The position numbers were made by a program, and so were the translations under genes. Source: an uncultured Nitrososphaeraceae archaeon (GTDB lineage: Archaea > Thermoproteota > Nitrososphaeria > Nitrososphaerales > Nitrososphaeraceae). From it: a stretch of DNA of 29,023 nucleotides. This document shows positions 1 to 11,060 of this stretch, piece after piece. The stretch lies in the NCBI GenBank assembly GCA_963837175.1, contig CAWIMJ010000029.1, positions 1 through 29,023 of the forward strand, read 5' to 3'. A model generated the notes under the pieces. It was not told where the DNA came from, did not search any database, and worked only from the letters and a program-made list of their open reading frames with translations. Within the stretch, counting starts at the first letter, position 1. The number at the start of each line of letters is the position of its first letter.

Positions 1-1033
1 TCTTTGATATTGTAAAGTAATCTATTGCATTATTTTTATCATTTACATTAGAAGAGCTTAGTTGTTCTATTTCATTTGCATAAAAAGTTCCTTTCAAAGT
101 TTTACCATTAATATCAATATTTAAAAATCCAAAATGTTGATCATCTTGTTTTGCAATAAATGGTGCTTGTTGTGTAATTGCATAAAGGGATCTGCCCGCA
201 GTTCCAGTTGTGAGGTAGATAACTCCTTTATTTTTATCCTTATTACTATTATAATTATTAGAATCTTTACTTACTATAATAGGATTGGCACTATCCTCGC
301 CCTTGCTATTATTATATTTTAATGGAAATGTCCGTTGATAATTGTGATTGTCACTAGTAAAAACAAGATCTACACCATATTTATCAAATAAAGGATGATA
401 AATATCTCTTATTGTAGCATTACCAGGATGTTTAGAAGTTGAAGTATATATAGGTGGAGATACCACAACAAATCTCCAATCTATTTTTGGATTGGTAGAA
501 GCAGTTTTCAAATCATTTTCAATTAATTGATATTGAGGAGAGCCAGGTTTATAATCAATATATGGATCTATAAAAACAAAATGAGTATTATTCATATCAA
601 AAGAATAATATGTTTTGTTTAGATTCAAAGGTTTCAAATAATCATTTGTTACACCTGTTGCACCACCTGTAGTATCACTATATTCATGGTCTCCCAAGGC
701 TATCTTTATCTTTGATTTAAATGGTTCAACTATTTTAAACCAACAATCTGCTAATTTACCATAACTTAGATCTCCACCTGCTATTACAAGTTCAGGATTC
801 TTTTCTTGAATATTTTCTGCTGTTTTTGTAGCATTTTTACCACATCCCCAATCTGATGCAATTGCAATATTAAAGGAGGAGGAAGAAGACTTGTTTTCCG
901 ATATTGTAGTCTGGTTATTTTTAGAAATGGTAGTGTTTGATTCTTTAGCATAAACTATTATGTTTGCATTTAGAATTAAAGTGGAAGAGGATACTACTAC
1001 AAAAAGAAATAATATTATAATTAGATATTTCAT
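1..1033 (-). CDS. Secreted calcineurin-like metallophosphoesterase (purple-acid-phosphatase-like), 3' end runs off the window
   Basis: Not in the ORF track. Manual translation from ATG 1033: MKYLIIILFLFVVVSSS (signal peptide)...IASDWGC...GGDLSY...LGDHEY...YYSFD...DLVFTSDNHNYQRTFP...TGTAGRSLY; the frame is open to the window edge. Confidence 0.85.
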   Translation of the reverse strand, partial: MKYLIIILFLFVVVSSSTLILNANIIVYAKESNTTISKNNQTTISENKSSSSSFNIAIASDWGCGKNATKTAENIQEKNPELVIAGGDLSYGKLADCWFKIVEPFKSKIKIALGDHEYSDTTGGATGVTNDYLKPLNLNKTYYSFDMNNTHFVFIDPYIDYKPGSPQYQLIENDLKTASTNPKIDWRFVVVSPPIYTSTSKHPGNATIRDIYHPLFDKYGVDLVFTSDNHNYQRTFPLKYNNSKGEDSANPIIVSKDSNNYNSNKDKNKGVIYLTTGTAGRSLYAITQQAPFIAKQDDQHFGFLNIDINGKTLKGTFYANEIEQLSSSNVNDKNNAIDYFTISK

Positions 1034-1261
1034 AATCTAAATCTCACTTTTTATAATTTATTAATTATAAGTAGGGTATAAAGACTATTCCTTCTACAAT
1101 CGAAGGTGATTCTTCTTGTTGTTGTTCTTTGCTTTTGGCCAAATTAAGCTATATCCTCTATTCATTAGATAAATTACCTCCTGACTTTAACCATTTCTCT
1201 TAAAAAAAGAGCCATTCTGCAAAAAAGCATTTAGACTACATGAAACGATATACACACAATA

Positions 1262-2179
1262 TTGCGGATTTTCTCTATAAATGGTACAAAACTCTCTGAA
1301 GTAAGAGAGGAGCAATTTCCATTAGAGAGTGAAATCCTGCGGTTAACTGAGTCGAATCTGCATGATCTATTTGAGCTTGATTTTGTAAAATCAGAGTTTG
1401 AACTTCATGGTTTGAGAATAGACACTCTTGCATTTGATGAATAATCTAAAGCTTTTGTTATAATAGAGTACAAAAAGGATAGGAATTTCTCAGTTGTAGA
1501 CCAGGGTATGGCCTATCTTAATCTTATGCTCAATAACAAAGCTGATTTTATATTAGAGTATAATGAAAGCTCCAATTCATCTCACAATTTAAAACGTGAA
1601 GAGGTAGATTGGTCGCAGTCAAGAATAATTTTCATCTCACCAGAGTTTACAAAATATCAACAACATGCCATAGGATTCAAAGATCTTGGAATTCAACTAT
1701 GGGAGGCTCACAAATACAATAATGGGTTGCTAGTATTCAATGAAGTAAAATCTCCCTCTGCTAAAGAACCTATCACGGCCATTGCAAAAAATAATGCTAT
1801 TGTCAAAAAGGTAACTGAGGAGATTAGGGTCTACACAGAAGAGGATCACCTCACATCAGTTGATGATGGAGTTAAAGAGATGTATTCAGAATTAAAATCC
1901 AATATCCTTACTCTAGGTAAAGATATAGAGGTAAGGCCTAAGAAACTATACATAGCTTTCCGTCGGAAGCAAGCATTTGTGTCTATTGTATTTCTAAGAT
2001 CAAAACTTAAAGCATATCTTAACATTGAAATGAATCAAATTAATGATCCTTTAAAGAAAGCAAGAGATGTCAAGGATATAGGTCATTATTCAAGCGGTAA
2101 AACAGAAATAACTATTAAAGAAAAAGGTGAGATCCCTTATGCATTATCTCTTATAAAACAAGCATATGAAAGAAGTTGA
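1262..2179 (+). pseudogene. PD-(D/E)XK (NucS-like) nuclease domain plus DUF5655-like C-terminal domain, one in-frame stop
   Basis: ORFs 1262-1444 and 1508-2179 share a frame. Reading through TAA 1442-1444 gives RIDTLAFDE*SKAFVIIEYKK...DQG.AY; the C-terminus has KKLYIAF...GHYSSGKTEI. Confidence 0.75.
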
Positions 2180-2256
2180 TTTTATTTTGGTTATCTTTTT
2201 TGCAGCTTAATTGGTAATATATACAAATTAATATGCAAATCTAAGATGCAGAGAGC

Positions 2257-3238
2257 ATGATAAATAAGATAATGATACTGTTATGTTTGATTGTTCTACA
2301 ATTCTATAACGGCTTAGTTTCCTTTGAACCTGTATACAGCCAAGGACAGAATATCAGTGACCCTTCTTCCTCTCCTTTTTCTTCTTTTTCTTCTTTTCAA
2401 TCCAAAGCCGCTTTTTTGGATAATATGCCATCACACAACGTTACTGTAGGTGACATAGATATTGCATACAAACAGATAGGTGGGCCAAACGCTAAACCAA
2501 TTATTCTGATCACAGGAGCTAGTGCAACTATGGATATGTGGAACCCTCTGTTGTTAGAGCAGCTAGCATCAGCAAACTATAGAGTAATTATTTTTGAAAA
2601 TAGAGGAGTTGGTGAATCAACTGTAGGGACGAAAGAGTTCTCAATCAGTCAGTTCGCAAATGATACATTGAGGCTGCTTTGACGCTTTAGGAATAAGCAA
2701 GGCCGATGTCTTAGGCTGGTCTATGGGCGGATTCATTGCTCAGCAATTAGCGGTAACAAACCCAGACAAGGTAGACAATCTTATTTTATACACCACAAGT
2801 TGTGGCGGTCCAAACGACAGGCCAACCCCTCCTGAAGTAATGCAGATTGTTACAAATACTTCGATGTCTCAGGAAGAGCGGATGCAAAAACTTGCACCTT
2901 TGTTCTTCGCACCAGCTAGCTGGTTTAAAGCGCATCCAGATTACCTAAACTACTTTCGAATTCCTAAAGAATTTCCAATTCCTCAACAAATACATCTACA
3001 ACAATTAGATGCAGCGGCGACCTGGACTGGCACCTGTAATGCTCTTTCAAATATTACCCAACCTACTCTGATCATAGTTGGAACGGATGATGATGCTGCG
3101 CCGGACTCATTAACCTTGGCAGAAAGAATTCCTGGATCGTGGCTCATACAAATAAGAGATGCCGGACACGGCCTCATGTATCAGCACCCTGATGAGTTTA
3201 ATAGAGTTTTAATGACCTTCTTAGAAAGTAATCGTTGA
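2257..3238 (+). pseudogene. Secreted alpha/beta hydrolase, frameshifted near 2680
   Basis: Removing one T in ctgctttgacgct joins LRLL to DALGISKADVLGWSMGG (GxSxG nucleophile); catalytic Asp (GTDD) and His (DAGHG) lie downstream. Confidence 0.88.
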
Positions 3239-3407
3239 ATTCTTGAAGGGGTTACGGTGGGCCTATATGTAATATTTTAAGGATAAGTGATATTCTTGCC
3301 AAACCTCCCAAAAATGAGTATTGCTTTGTCTGAGGGGTATTTTGACTGGCCTCACCTTCTATTTATATAGACATGACCATCAAACTCATAATATTATATC
3401 GTTAATC

Positions 3408-3448
3408 TGGGTGGGAAAAATGAGTCAAATTTGTCCCACATTCCACCG
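3408..3448 (+). repeat. Dispersed ~40-bp intergenic repeat, copy A
   Basis: TGGGTGGGAAAAATGAGTCAAATTTGTCCCACATTCCACCG matches 10422-10462 at 33/41 ungapped positions. Confidence 0.7.
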
Positions 3449-3649
3449 GTACTAACAATCATCTAATATTATATTTATTACGAACTGAAATCAACAATCA
3501 CGCTAAATTTGATTCACTTCCTATTTGGGGCCAGGTGATGTGTTGGTTTTCTTCTGTATTCTGTAGATACTTTTTATATTGCTGACTCAAGAATATCTCT
3601 AAAATATCTAGAAGATTAATAAAGATAAGTTACCTTAAAGGTTGTTATT

Positions 3650-4111
3650 ATGAATAATCAATCAAATGCTATTACGTTTGTGGTATTAGCAGTAGCTATA
3701 GCAGCAGTTTTCATAGCAAGCAGCTTGCTTGTAACAACAGAAGCAGAAGCCAAGAAAAAACGTAAGGAATTAGCGGAACTAGCCGTCAAGGCACCTATAG
3801 CCCCATCCGGTGACAATGTCTACATAACATGGTGGAGCAATAAGACAGGAAATGAAGAAGTGATGTTTAGAGCATCAACAGATAATGGTGCTACATTTGG
3901 AGATAAGATTAACTTAAGTAATACAACTGCAGCTGATTCAGATGATGCAGAGATAGCTGCATCTGGTGATAGTGTGTATGTATCATGGTGGGAGAGAAAT
4001 GAAACAAGTGATACACCAGTAGCAAGAGTAAGTAATGATAATGGAGATACATTTGGGCCTGTATTGATGCTTGCTACTAATGGTACTATTGGAGAAGGAG
4101 AAGGAGGATAA
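3650..4111 (+). CDS. Secreted hypothetical protein with two BNR/Asp-box (sialidase-like) repeats
   Basis: Signal peptide, then two (A/P)SGD(N/S)VY(I/V)(T/S)WW...RxSxDNGxTFG repeats. Confidence 0.8.
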   Translation: MNNQSNAITFVVLAVAIAAVFIASSLLVTTEAEAKKKRKELAELAVKAPIAPSGDNVYITWWSNKTGNEEVMFRASTDNGATFGDKINLSNTTAADSDDAEIAASGDSVYVSWWERNETSDTPVARVSNDNGDTFGPVLMLATNGTIGEGEGG

Positions 4112-4632
4112 GAAAAAGAAATAATCTTTTTTCTCCTTTGGAATTGTTAGGAGACAAATCTAATAGTATGACGGCGTTCGCGAGCAGTATAGAGCAATAG
4201 GTCCATGATATCGTTACGTATAAGTGGTAATACTATGAAATATTGTTGCACTATTAAAAGAAGTTTTGTGTATATTTATATCAGTAATAGTCGCTATCAC
4301 CTATCGATTTCTTTCTGGATCTTCTATTCATATTTCTGCGCATTTAGAACCTAAGTCACATATCAATTGAAGAATTTGTTAGTAACCCAAATTTTGGAGT
4401 AGATGCAGAGAATAATAGAAAATATATATTTATTTATTTTTTATAATAAAAGTTCTTTATGCATTATAAAACTAAAGTATTTACATTCAGAAATAGGAAC
4501 TGATAGGTTGCAAAATAGTTAAATATGTCTTGTATTCTAGCGAAACCACAAATTTTTATAGCAAGCAAATTAGATGTGTTATAGTAGATTTACTCTTATT
4601 AATTTATAATATCTAGTATTGATAACGAAACA

Positions 4633-4813
4633 ATGTTGACTGTCTCATGCCGTGAAGAAGGAATGGACTGTGACTACGTTTGCAAGGGTGAAACAGAAGA
4701 AGAAATTATGAAAACTGCTGAGGAACATGCAATGAGATCATGGATATAAGGTAGACGATCTAATGACTCCTGAATTAAGATCCAAAATAAGATCACATAT
4801 TAGAAAATCTTGA
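4633..4813 (+). pseudogene. DUF1059-like small metal-binding protein, frameshifted
   Basis: MLTVSCREEGMDCDYVCKGETEEEIMKTAEEHAMR / (D)HGYKVDDLMTPELRSKIRSHIRKS*; the frame shifts at atgagatcatgga (~4735). Confidence 0.75.
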
Positions 4814-4895
4814 TTCTATTATCTTTTATCTTTTCAGGAATTTGAAATAGTTCTAAACTATGTAATGAATCTAGAATAGAGTTTTGAATTGCAAA

Positions 4896-4924
4896 GAGTC
4901 AAATCTGTCTTGCATTCCATCGAA
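4896..4924 (+). repeat. Dispersed intergenic repeat, partial copy
   Basis: GAGTCAAATCTGTCTTGCATTCCATCGAA matches 10436-10464 at 25/29 positions. Confidence 0.65.
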
Positions 4925-5071
4925 TGTACTAATGGTTACTGCTGATGAAATTTTATTTGACTAACAAAAAATGGCTTGTTGAAGAGTAAGAATAAAAACT
5001 AAAGATTAAACTGTTGAAATGAATTAAATATTGAAAATATACTCTAAAAAAATTTAGAAAGAAGTTAGTTT

Positions 5072-5542
5072 TTACTGCTTGGAAAATCGTTGCTGTTGAT
5101 CCGTAGAGAAGGCTGTACAGGCCTTTGCTAAATTATTGCTAAATTCTGTTGCTGCATCTACTGCTTTACTACAGACTTTCAGATTCTCTCTTGCTGCGTC
5201 TACTGCATTGATTGCTAGCTTATTGTTAATGTCAAGTGCTCTTAATGTGTTGTTAGTAATTTCATTTGATTGTCTTGTAAATTGCTGTGTGTATGGCACT
5301 GACATTGGGATGTTAAAGTTTCCTACCAATTGCTTTTGAGCTGAAATTGTATTCTCTATTACATTCTTTGCCGCCTGGATATAATCTAGCTGAAGATTAG
5401 AGATTGCTTGTGCATATTGTGGTTGAACACTTGATATCTAATCTACTGCTCTAACAAAATTTTCTCTTACTGTGTCAAATACATGAGTTGCACTATTTGA
5501 TCCTACAGTGCTGCTTTCATTTTTTGATTTATCATATTCCAT
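5072..5542 (-). pseudogene. Helical Q/N-rich hypothetical protein (possibly phasin-like), one in-frame TAG
   Basis: ATG 5542 MEYDKSKNE...FVRAVD*ISSVQPQYAQAISNLQLDYIQ continues in frame into ORF 5072-5329; TAG at 5440-5438. Confidence 0.65.
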
Positions 5543-5870
5543 TTTAAATACACTATTAATGGGTAATAGGGCTATATAAAGTCTGGTAGCAAATGGTAAT
5601 GATTACCATACAAAGCCTCTGAAATATAACAATGATTTGTATTGTATAATCGCCGTCACCCATTATCAGCCAACCTAATCAAAGTGATATCTACGGAATA
5701 GGAAGAGCCAGAAACTTATCATGTAGTAAGACGAATTGCTGAGTGGTAGAATAACACCTAGCTAGTCCTTTTCTCCATCTCTAGGAGGGAAAAACGACGG
5801 ATTCATCGTTTAGATAATTTTTCAAAACACCCATCTCCCTACCCTTTTTATTCTAATCTTCGTCACTATC

Positions 5871-7319
5871 TTACTCTTCTTCCTCTTCTACTCCTTCGAT
5901 ATCCTTATTTTCTTCTCCTCCTGCATTAGATGTTGGAATTACATAGGCAGCTGGAAGAATCTTGTATATTGCTCCATGACCAAGCGAAACAACATAAAGA
6001 TAACCATCATCAGGACCTACTTCTAGATCAGTAACTCCACCAAACCCTTCTGCAAATAATATATTTTCTATACCAGTATCTCTTGTTTCAGCGACTTTAT
6101 CTGCCAGCAAGCCGGAAAGAATTAGCTCTGTTCTGTCCTCATTTAAATCAAAATGATAAATTCTTCCAGTAACTACATCTGTCATAAACATGTCATTTAT
6201 ATACTCTATTCCCAATTTATCTGAATTAAGAAACTTTAGTGCAGTAGGTCCTAAAGTAAAAGTCCATTCAAATTCGGGATCACTGTTACTTTCCTTTTCC
6301 AGTAAAGCTAACTAAATCTTCATCAGGATTAAATCCATCGTCGTCATCGTCAGTAGAAGAAGATGATGGAAAACCTGTAATTTCTAACCATCCACTGTTA
6401 AATCCAGGTTCTATCAAATTAATCTCATCTCCATAGCCTGGACCATTCTCAGTATCCCATAAATTACCAGTTACAGGATCAAAATCAAATCCAAAGCTGT
6501 TTCGTATTCCATATGCATAGTATAGGTTAAGTGGATAAGTATTACCAAGAATGCCAACAGTACCAGCACTACTTATTACAGGTTTACCATCCTGAGTAAT
6601 TCTAAGTATACCGCTAGTTCCATCAGGCTCTTCTCCAAATTCTTGATTCTGAGCTTGAGTTAGATGACCATCAACATCTCCAATTATTACATATACATTA
6701 TTATCCGGACCTATTGTAACTACACCTCCATTATGACGTGGTCCAGGTATCGCTGGTAAGTCTAGTAGGAGTTTAGGATTTACTAATTGATCGTTTATCC
6801 ATTGATATCTATAAAGACGATTACCTGCAGGCTCACTACTACCATCAGTACGTCTGCACTTCCACCTGCTTCAGTAAAATACAAGAAAACATATACATTC
6901 CCCTTGCTATCATTTTTTGACACAGCAATTCCGCACATACATCTTTCAACTTCAGTTGCAACATTAACGGTAAGAACAGGAGTTAGTAACATATTACCAT
7001 TTACAATTCTCTGTACTGTACCTTTTTCTTTCTCTAAAACCAATATATCGTCTGGACCTAAAAATGCCATAGAAGTAGGGAATTCAAGTCCTTTGGAAAC
7101 TAATTCTACTCCTAAATTAGGATCTTTGATATATGGTAGTTCTTCCTCTTCTTCTTCTCCTCTAATAGAAGCATTAACACCTTCAATCTCTTTCTGAGCA
7201 TAAGTAATAATAATATCATTATATCCTATTGGCGATGTTAATAGTGAAGTTAGAATAATGATGAGGTATAGTGTAGTTACCCTAAAGACTGATAGCAATG
7301 CAAAAGGGAAGAGAGGCAT
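5871..7319 (-). pseudogene. PQQ-dependent sugar dehydrogenase (GSDH/YliI-like beta-propeller), two frameshifts
   Basis: Three segments: PTSMAFLGPDDILVLEK; GNRLYRY...HNGG...YAYGIRNSFGFDFDPVTGNLWDTENG; SDPEFEW...GFGGVTDLEVGPDDGYLYV. Shifts near 6850 and 6287. Collinear with 13264-14724. Confidence 0.88.
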
Positions 7320-7810
7320 TTCTTATCATCGCTCTACTATTATTACTACTATCTTTATAATATAGTTATACAGATTATGTCAACAGAAAAACTAAAAGTA
7401 AATATATAATCTCTATTTAATTCTTATTACTTTCTAACGAACAATTATACTCTTTTACCTTTCAATATGCAAATATACTCATAACAGAGATTAGATTAAA
7501 ATAATTCTACAATCCAAGTTCTAGTTCTTGCTAATATAATAGACTAAGTGCTTGATTGTTTATGATGATGAATCTACCTCAATTCAAGCTTGCTTCTTTT
7601 AGCTATCCAAGGAAAAGAAAGAATTATCTTTTTATTTGTTATCAATTCTTTAAGCAGATCAGAAGAAGCAAATATGAAACATCACTATTGCTAGTTTTAA
7701 TTTTAAACTACCTTGGAAAGATAATAATTTGCTTTAATTGCCAAAGAGTGTAACTATAATAATAACAATGGAGTAAGTAACTATAGAATCTGTACCTAAG
7801 TCAATATATT

Positions 7811-9904
7811 AGAACTAACATCCGTCAAAGAAATATTTTGCTACTGGCTATACCGCTAGTTTTATCAGCATTTACTCATCTTTGAAATCCTTTAGGATTT
7901 CCCTCTTTACATATTGATGAAGGTCACTATATGCGAAAGGCAATGTCTATTTTGGATGGTACAGGGATAGACCCATTAGCACGTTATGCAGCTCCATATT
8001 TTGGACAAATTTTCTTGGCAGGTGCATTGGGAATTGTTGGTTATCCAGATTCCTTGAATCTTTCTGATACTGGTGATAATATACTACATTCAGTTGAGAT
8101 GCTTTATCTTGCTCCAAGGGTGTTGATGGGAATACTTGCAGTAGCTGATACTTTTCTTATTTACAAGATAACTGAGCATAGATACCATAACAGAAATGTT
8201 GCTTTAATTGCAGCTATTCTTTTTGCAGTAATGCCTTATGGTTGGTTTTTTAGAAGGATATTCTTAGAGACAATTCAAGTGCCTTTCCTTCTAACCTCAA
8301 TACTTTTGGCAATTTATGTAAAAGACTTGAAGATAGAAAATAACAATAACGCTGCCAGATATAAATCAATTTCTATGATTTTACTTTCTGGCACATTTTT
8401 AGGATTGTCAATCTTTACAAAAGTTCCAGTCTTTACAATGATTCCGCTAGTAGGATTTCTAATTTATAATAATAATACTAATGGCCATAAACTAAGAAAT
8501 CTTGGACTATGGTTTATTCCTGTTATTTTAATACCACTAATTTGGCCTGCTCATGCCATGATAATTGGAGAATTTGATAATTGGAAACATGGTATCTTAT
8601 GGCAAACGACTGGGAGACCAAGTAGTCCGTTAAGTGGAACACTACACACCTTTCTTCAGTTAGATCCTATCTTGTTTGTGCTTAGTATGGCTGGCTTGAT
8701 TTATGCAGCAGTAAAGAGAGATTTCTTTCTTTTGTTGTGGGTTATTCCATTTCTCATATTTCTTTATTTTATAGGCTATGTATCGTCATTTCACTTGATG
8801 CCACTAGTTCCTGCATTTTGCATTGCAGCATCTAGGTTTCTTGTAGAGCTACCAGATAAAATAAGAATAATTATCAAGAAGAAATATTATTATAAGATTC
8901 AACAAATATTGCCATTTGCTATAATTTCAGGAATTATAACTTTTGGGTTGGTATCTACTACTATGCTAATTACAACAAATGTAAATTCTACTGTGTATAA
9001 AACGCTGGCTATACTTGTTCAAAAGTTACCAAATAAACAAGATGATGATACTAACAATACCAATCCTGTAACATTGGTAGCATCTCCAATATATTTCCCG
9101 ATGCCCAGACACGGCTTTGACAAGGTCTTTTATGAAAAAAGCTATTTCAACGGAAGGCCGCTTGAAAGTGAAAGATATATTGTTGTTGCCGACCGGGGAT
9201 TTATGCGTATCATGTCAGGAACTAATGACAGACCTTCTACCGCTATAATGAAATCACTCTATGAAAATTCACAACTAATAGATACACTTGTTCCAGATGA
9301 CAAAACTAAGTATAAGTTGAATAGTTACCCCTATTCAAGTATGCGACAATCCCCTGCAGCGAAAGAAATTGAAATTAGAAGCAGTATTGCTAAGGCTCAA
9401 CTTACAACTGAGGTCAAACCCATTACAAATACAACTACAAGTGGCAATTCAAAACAGACTGGAACTCCAGATGATGATAATATAAGAGGTTCAGGTAAAA
9501 ATGATGTTATAGTAGGTCTTGCTGGAAATGATATAATTACAGGACAAAGTGGAAATGATAATATTGATGGCGGCGAAGGAGATGATTATATAATTGGTGG
9601 CCCAGGCAATGACGCTCTTACTGGCACAGTTGGAAACGATGTAATTGAAGGTAATGCTGGAAATGATAATATTGATGGCGGCGAAGGAGATGATTATATA
9701 ATTAGTGGCCAAGGTGCGGATAATCTTAAAGGTGTAGCTGGTAGCGATACTCTAATTGGTGGCCCAGGCAATGATACTCTAATTGGTGGAGAAGGCCAAG
9801 ATAACTTTCTCTGTGGTCAAGGAAAAGACTTCGTTTTAGATTTTAATGCTACTGAAGGTGATATTAAATCAAATGACTGCGAAGCTACTACTTTTGCTGC
9901 CTGA
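7811..9904 (+). CDS. GT-C/GT39 (ArnT/PMT-like) membrane glycosyltransferase fused to C-terminal RTX Ca-binding repeats; N-terminus interrupted by TGA (probable pseudogene, true start uncertain)
   Basis: Multi-TM ORF 7931-9904. The upstream in-frame segment reads LLLAIPLVLSAFTHL*NPLGFPSLHIDEGHYM with the GT-C DE motif; TGA at 7883-7885. The C-terminus has GGxGxDxxx nonapeptides. Confidence 0.78.
9470..9830 (+). repeat. RTX/hemolysin-type nonapeptide repeats (27-nt period)
   Basis: About 13 GxxG(N/D)DxIx units; 9550-9595 and 9658-9703 are identical 46-nt stretches. Confidence 0.9.
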
Positions 9905-10421
9905 TGAAGACCTACAACAATGAATGAACAAAAGAAGTAAGAGGATATAGAGATATTTATCACCGCAATAATAACAACAAAGTCAATATTAACAAGGAAT
10001 TACTTTCTCAGCTACCATAGCAGCTATTTCATTATTTAATTTACTCTAACAAGTCTTACAAGTAGAATCCTTTCGTGTACATCAGCAGAATCCTTCTCCA
10101 TTTTACAGGCATTATTCAAAAGTGTAGTGGAAACAAACAACATTGTATGACTAGACTAGCAAGCTAAATCTATCGTGAATAAAATTATTAGACGGTTGTA
10201 TGAAATTATGTTAGAGAGTATAGCATGCCTACTCCTATGGACAATACTTTCTTTGGTGTAGAAACCTTGATTAGGTTCTTCATTTGTTGATTATTAATAA
10301 TATACCAATAGGCTCACCTACAAGTCCGCCAAATAGCCACATTAGTATTAATATATGTGATTATTCGTCTGCTTGTACACAGTAATTTACTACATTTTAA
10401 TGAAAAAAGATATCTATAAGT

Positions 10422-10462
10422 TGGGTGGCAAATTTGAGTCAATTCTGTCCTGCATCCCACCG
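10422..10462 (+). repeat. Dispersed ~40-bp intergenic repeat, copy B
   Basis: TGGGTGGCAAATTTGAGTCAATTCTGTCCTGCATCCCACCG; see copy A. Confidence 0.7.
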
Positions 10463-11060
10463 AACCCGTGGATTAACTTGTATTGCTACTACTACTGCCG
10501 CTACTTCTTCTAATCCTACATCATCATTACCAATCGTCGACATTCTCAAACACAATCAAAGTGATACCTGCGGAATGAATGAAGAGTCCGAAGATTTTCA
10601 TTATAGTAAAGGCGATATTGCTGATTGATTTTACAACAGCAGTCATAATTCATTTACAATATTTGCTGTTCAATGTAGTTGCTATATTAAAGTAAATTAT
10701 ATCCTTGCTTTTAGCGGATAGGAAAAATATGATTGTGGTAGTAAAAACTGTCGATATTTTTTAGAAACTGAATGTTATCGTGACGCCATTACTACATTCA
10801 GCGGAGTACTGCTTGACGATTGATATTGAGTATGCAAAATGAACGCTCTTTAAGAATTACATCTTCGAACTACTAGAGCTTTAATGCATCTATAAACTAG
10901 ACTTATACTTTTTATTGACCTACTAAGTAACTTAACTAATTCAATACTGTAAACACGAAGAAGTAGAAGAGAGGCATCATTCTACTACTTTACTATGATT
11001 AAAGGATGTATTGCATAAGTAAACTCCTTTTGATGCAACGTTTCCAAACAGGATATATAT

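Noticed and set aside
134-322. Antisense or overlapping track ORFs (also 2983, 5136, 6787, 9491, 11006, 11960, 12367, 13505, 13939, 18524, 19206, 21169, 23639, 28167)
   Set aside because: They are shadows of better-supported genes or pseudogenes.
10425-10628. Short track ORFs in AT-rich spacers (also 7556, 13048, 17604, 20189, 24654)
   Set aside because: No motifs; 10425 starts inside the non-coding repeat.
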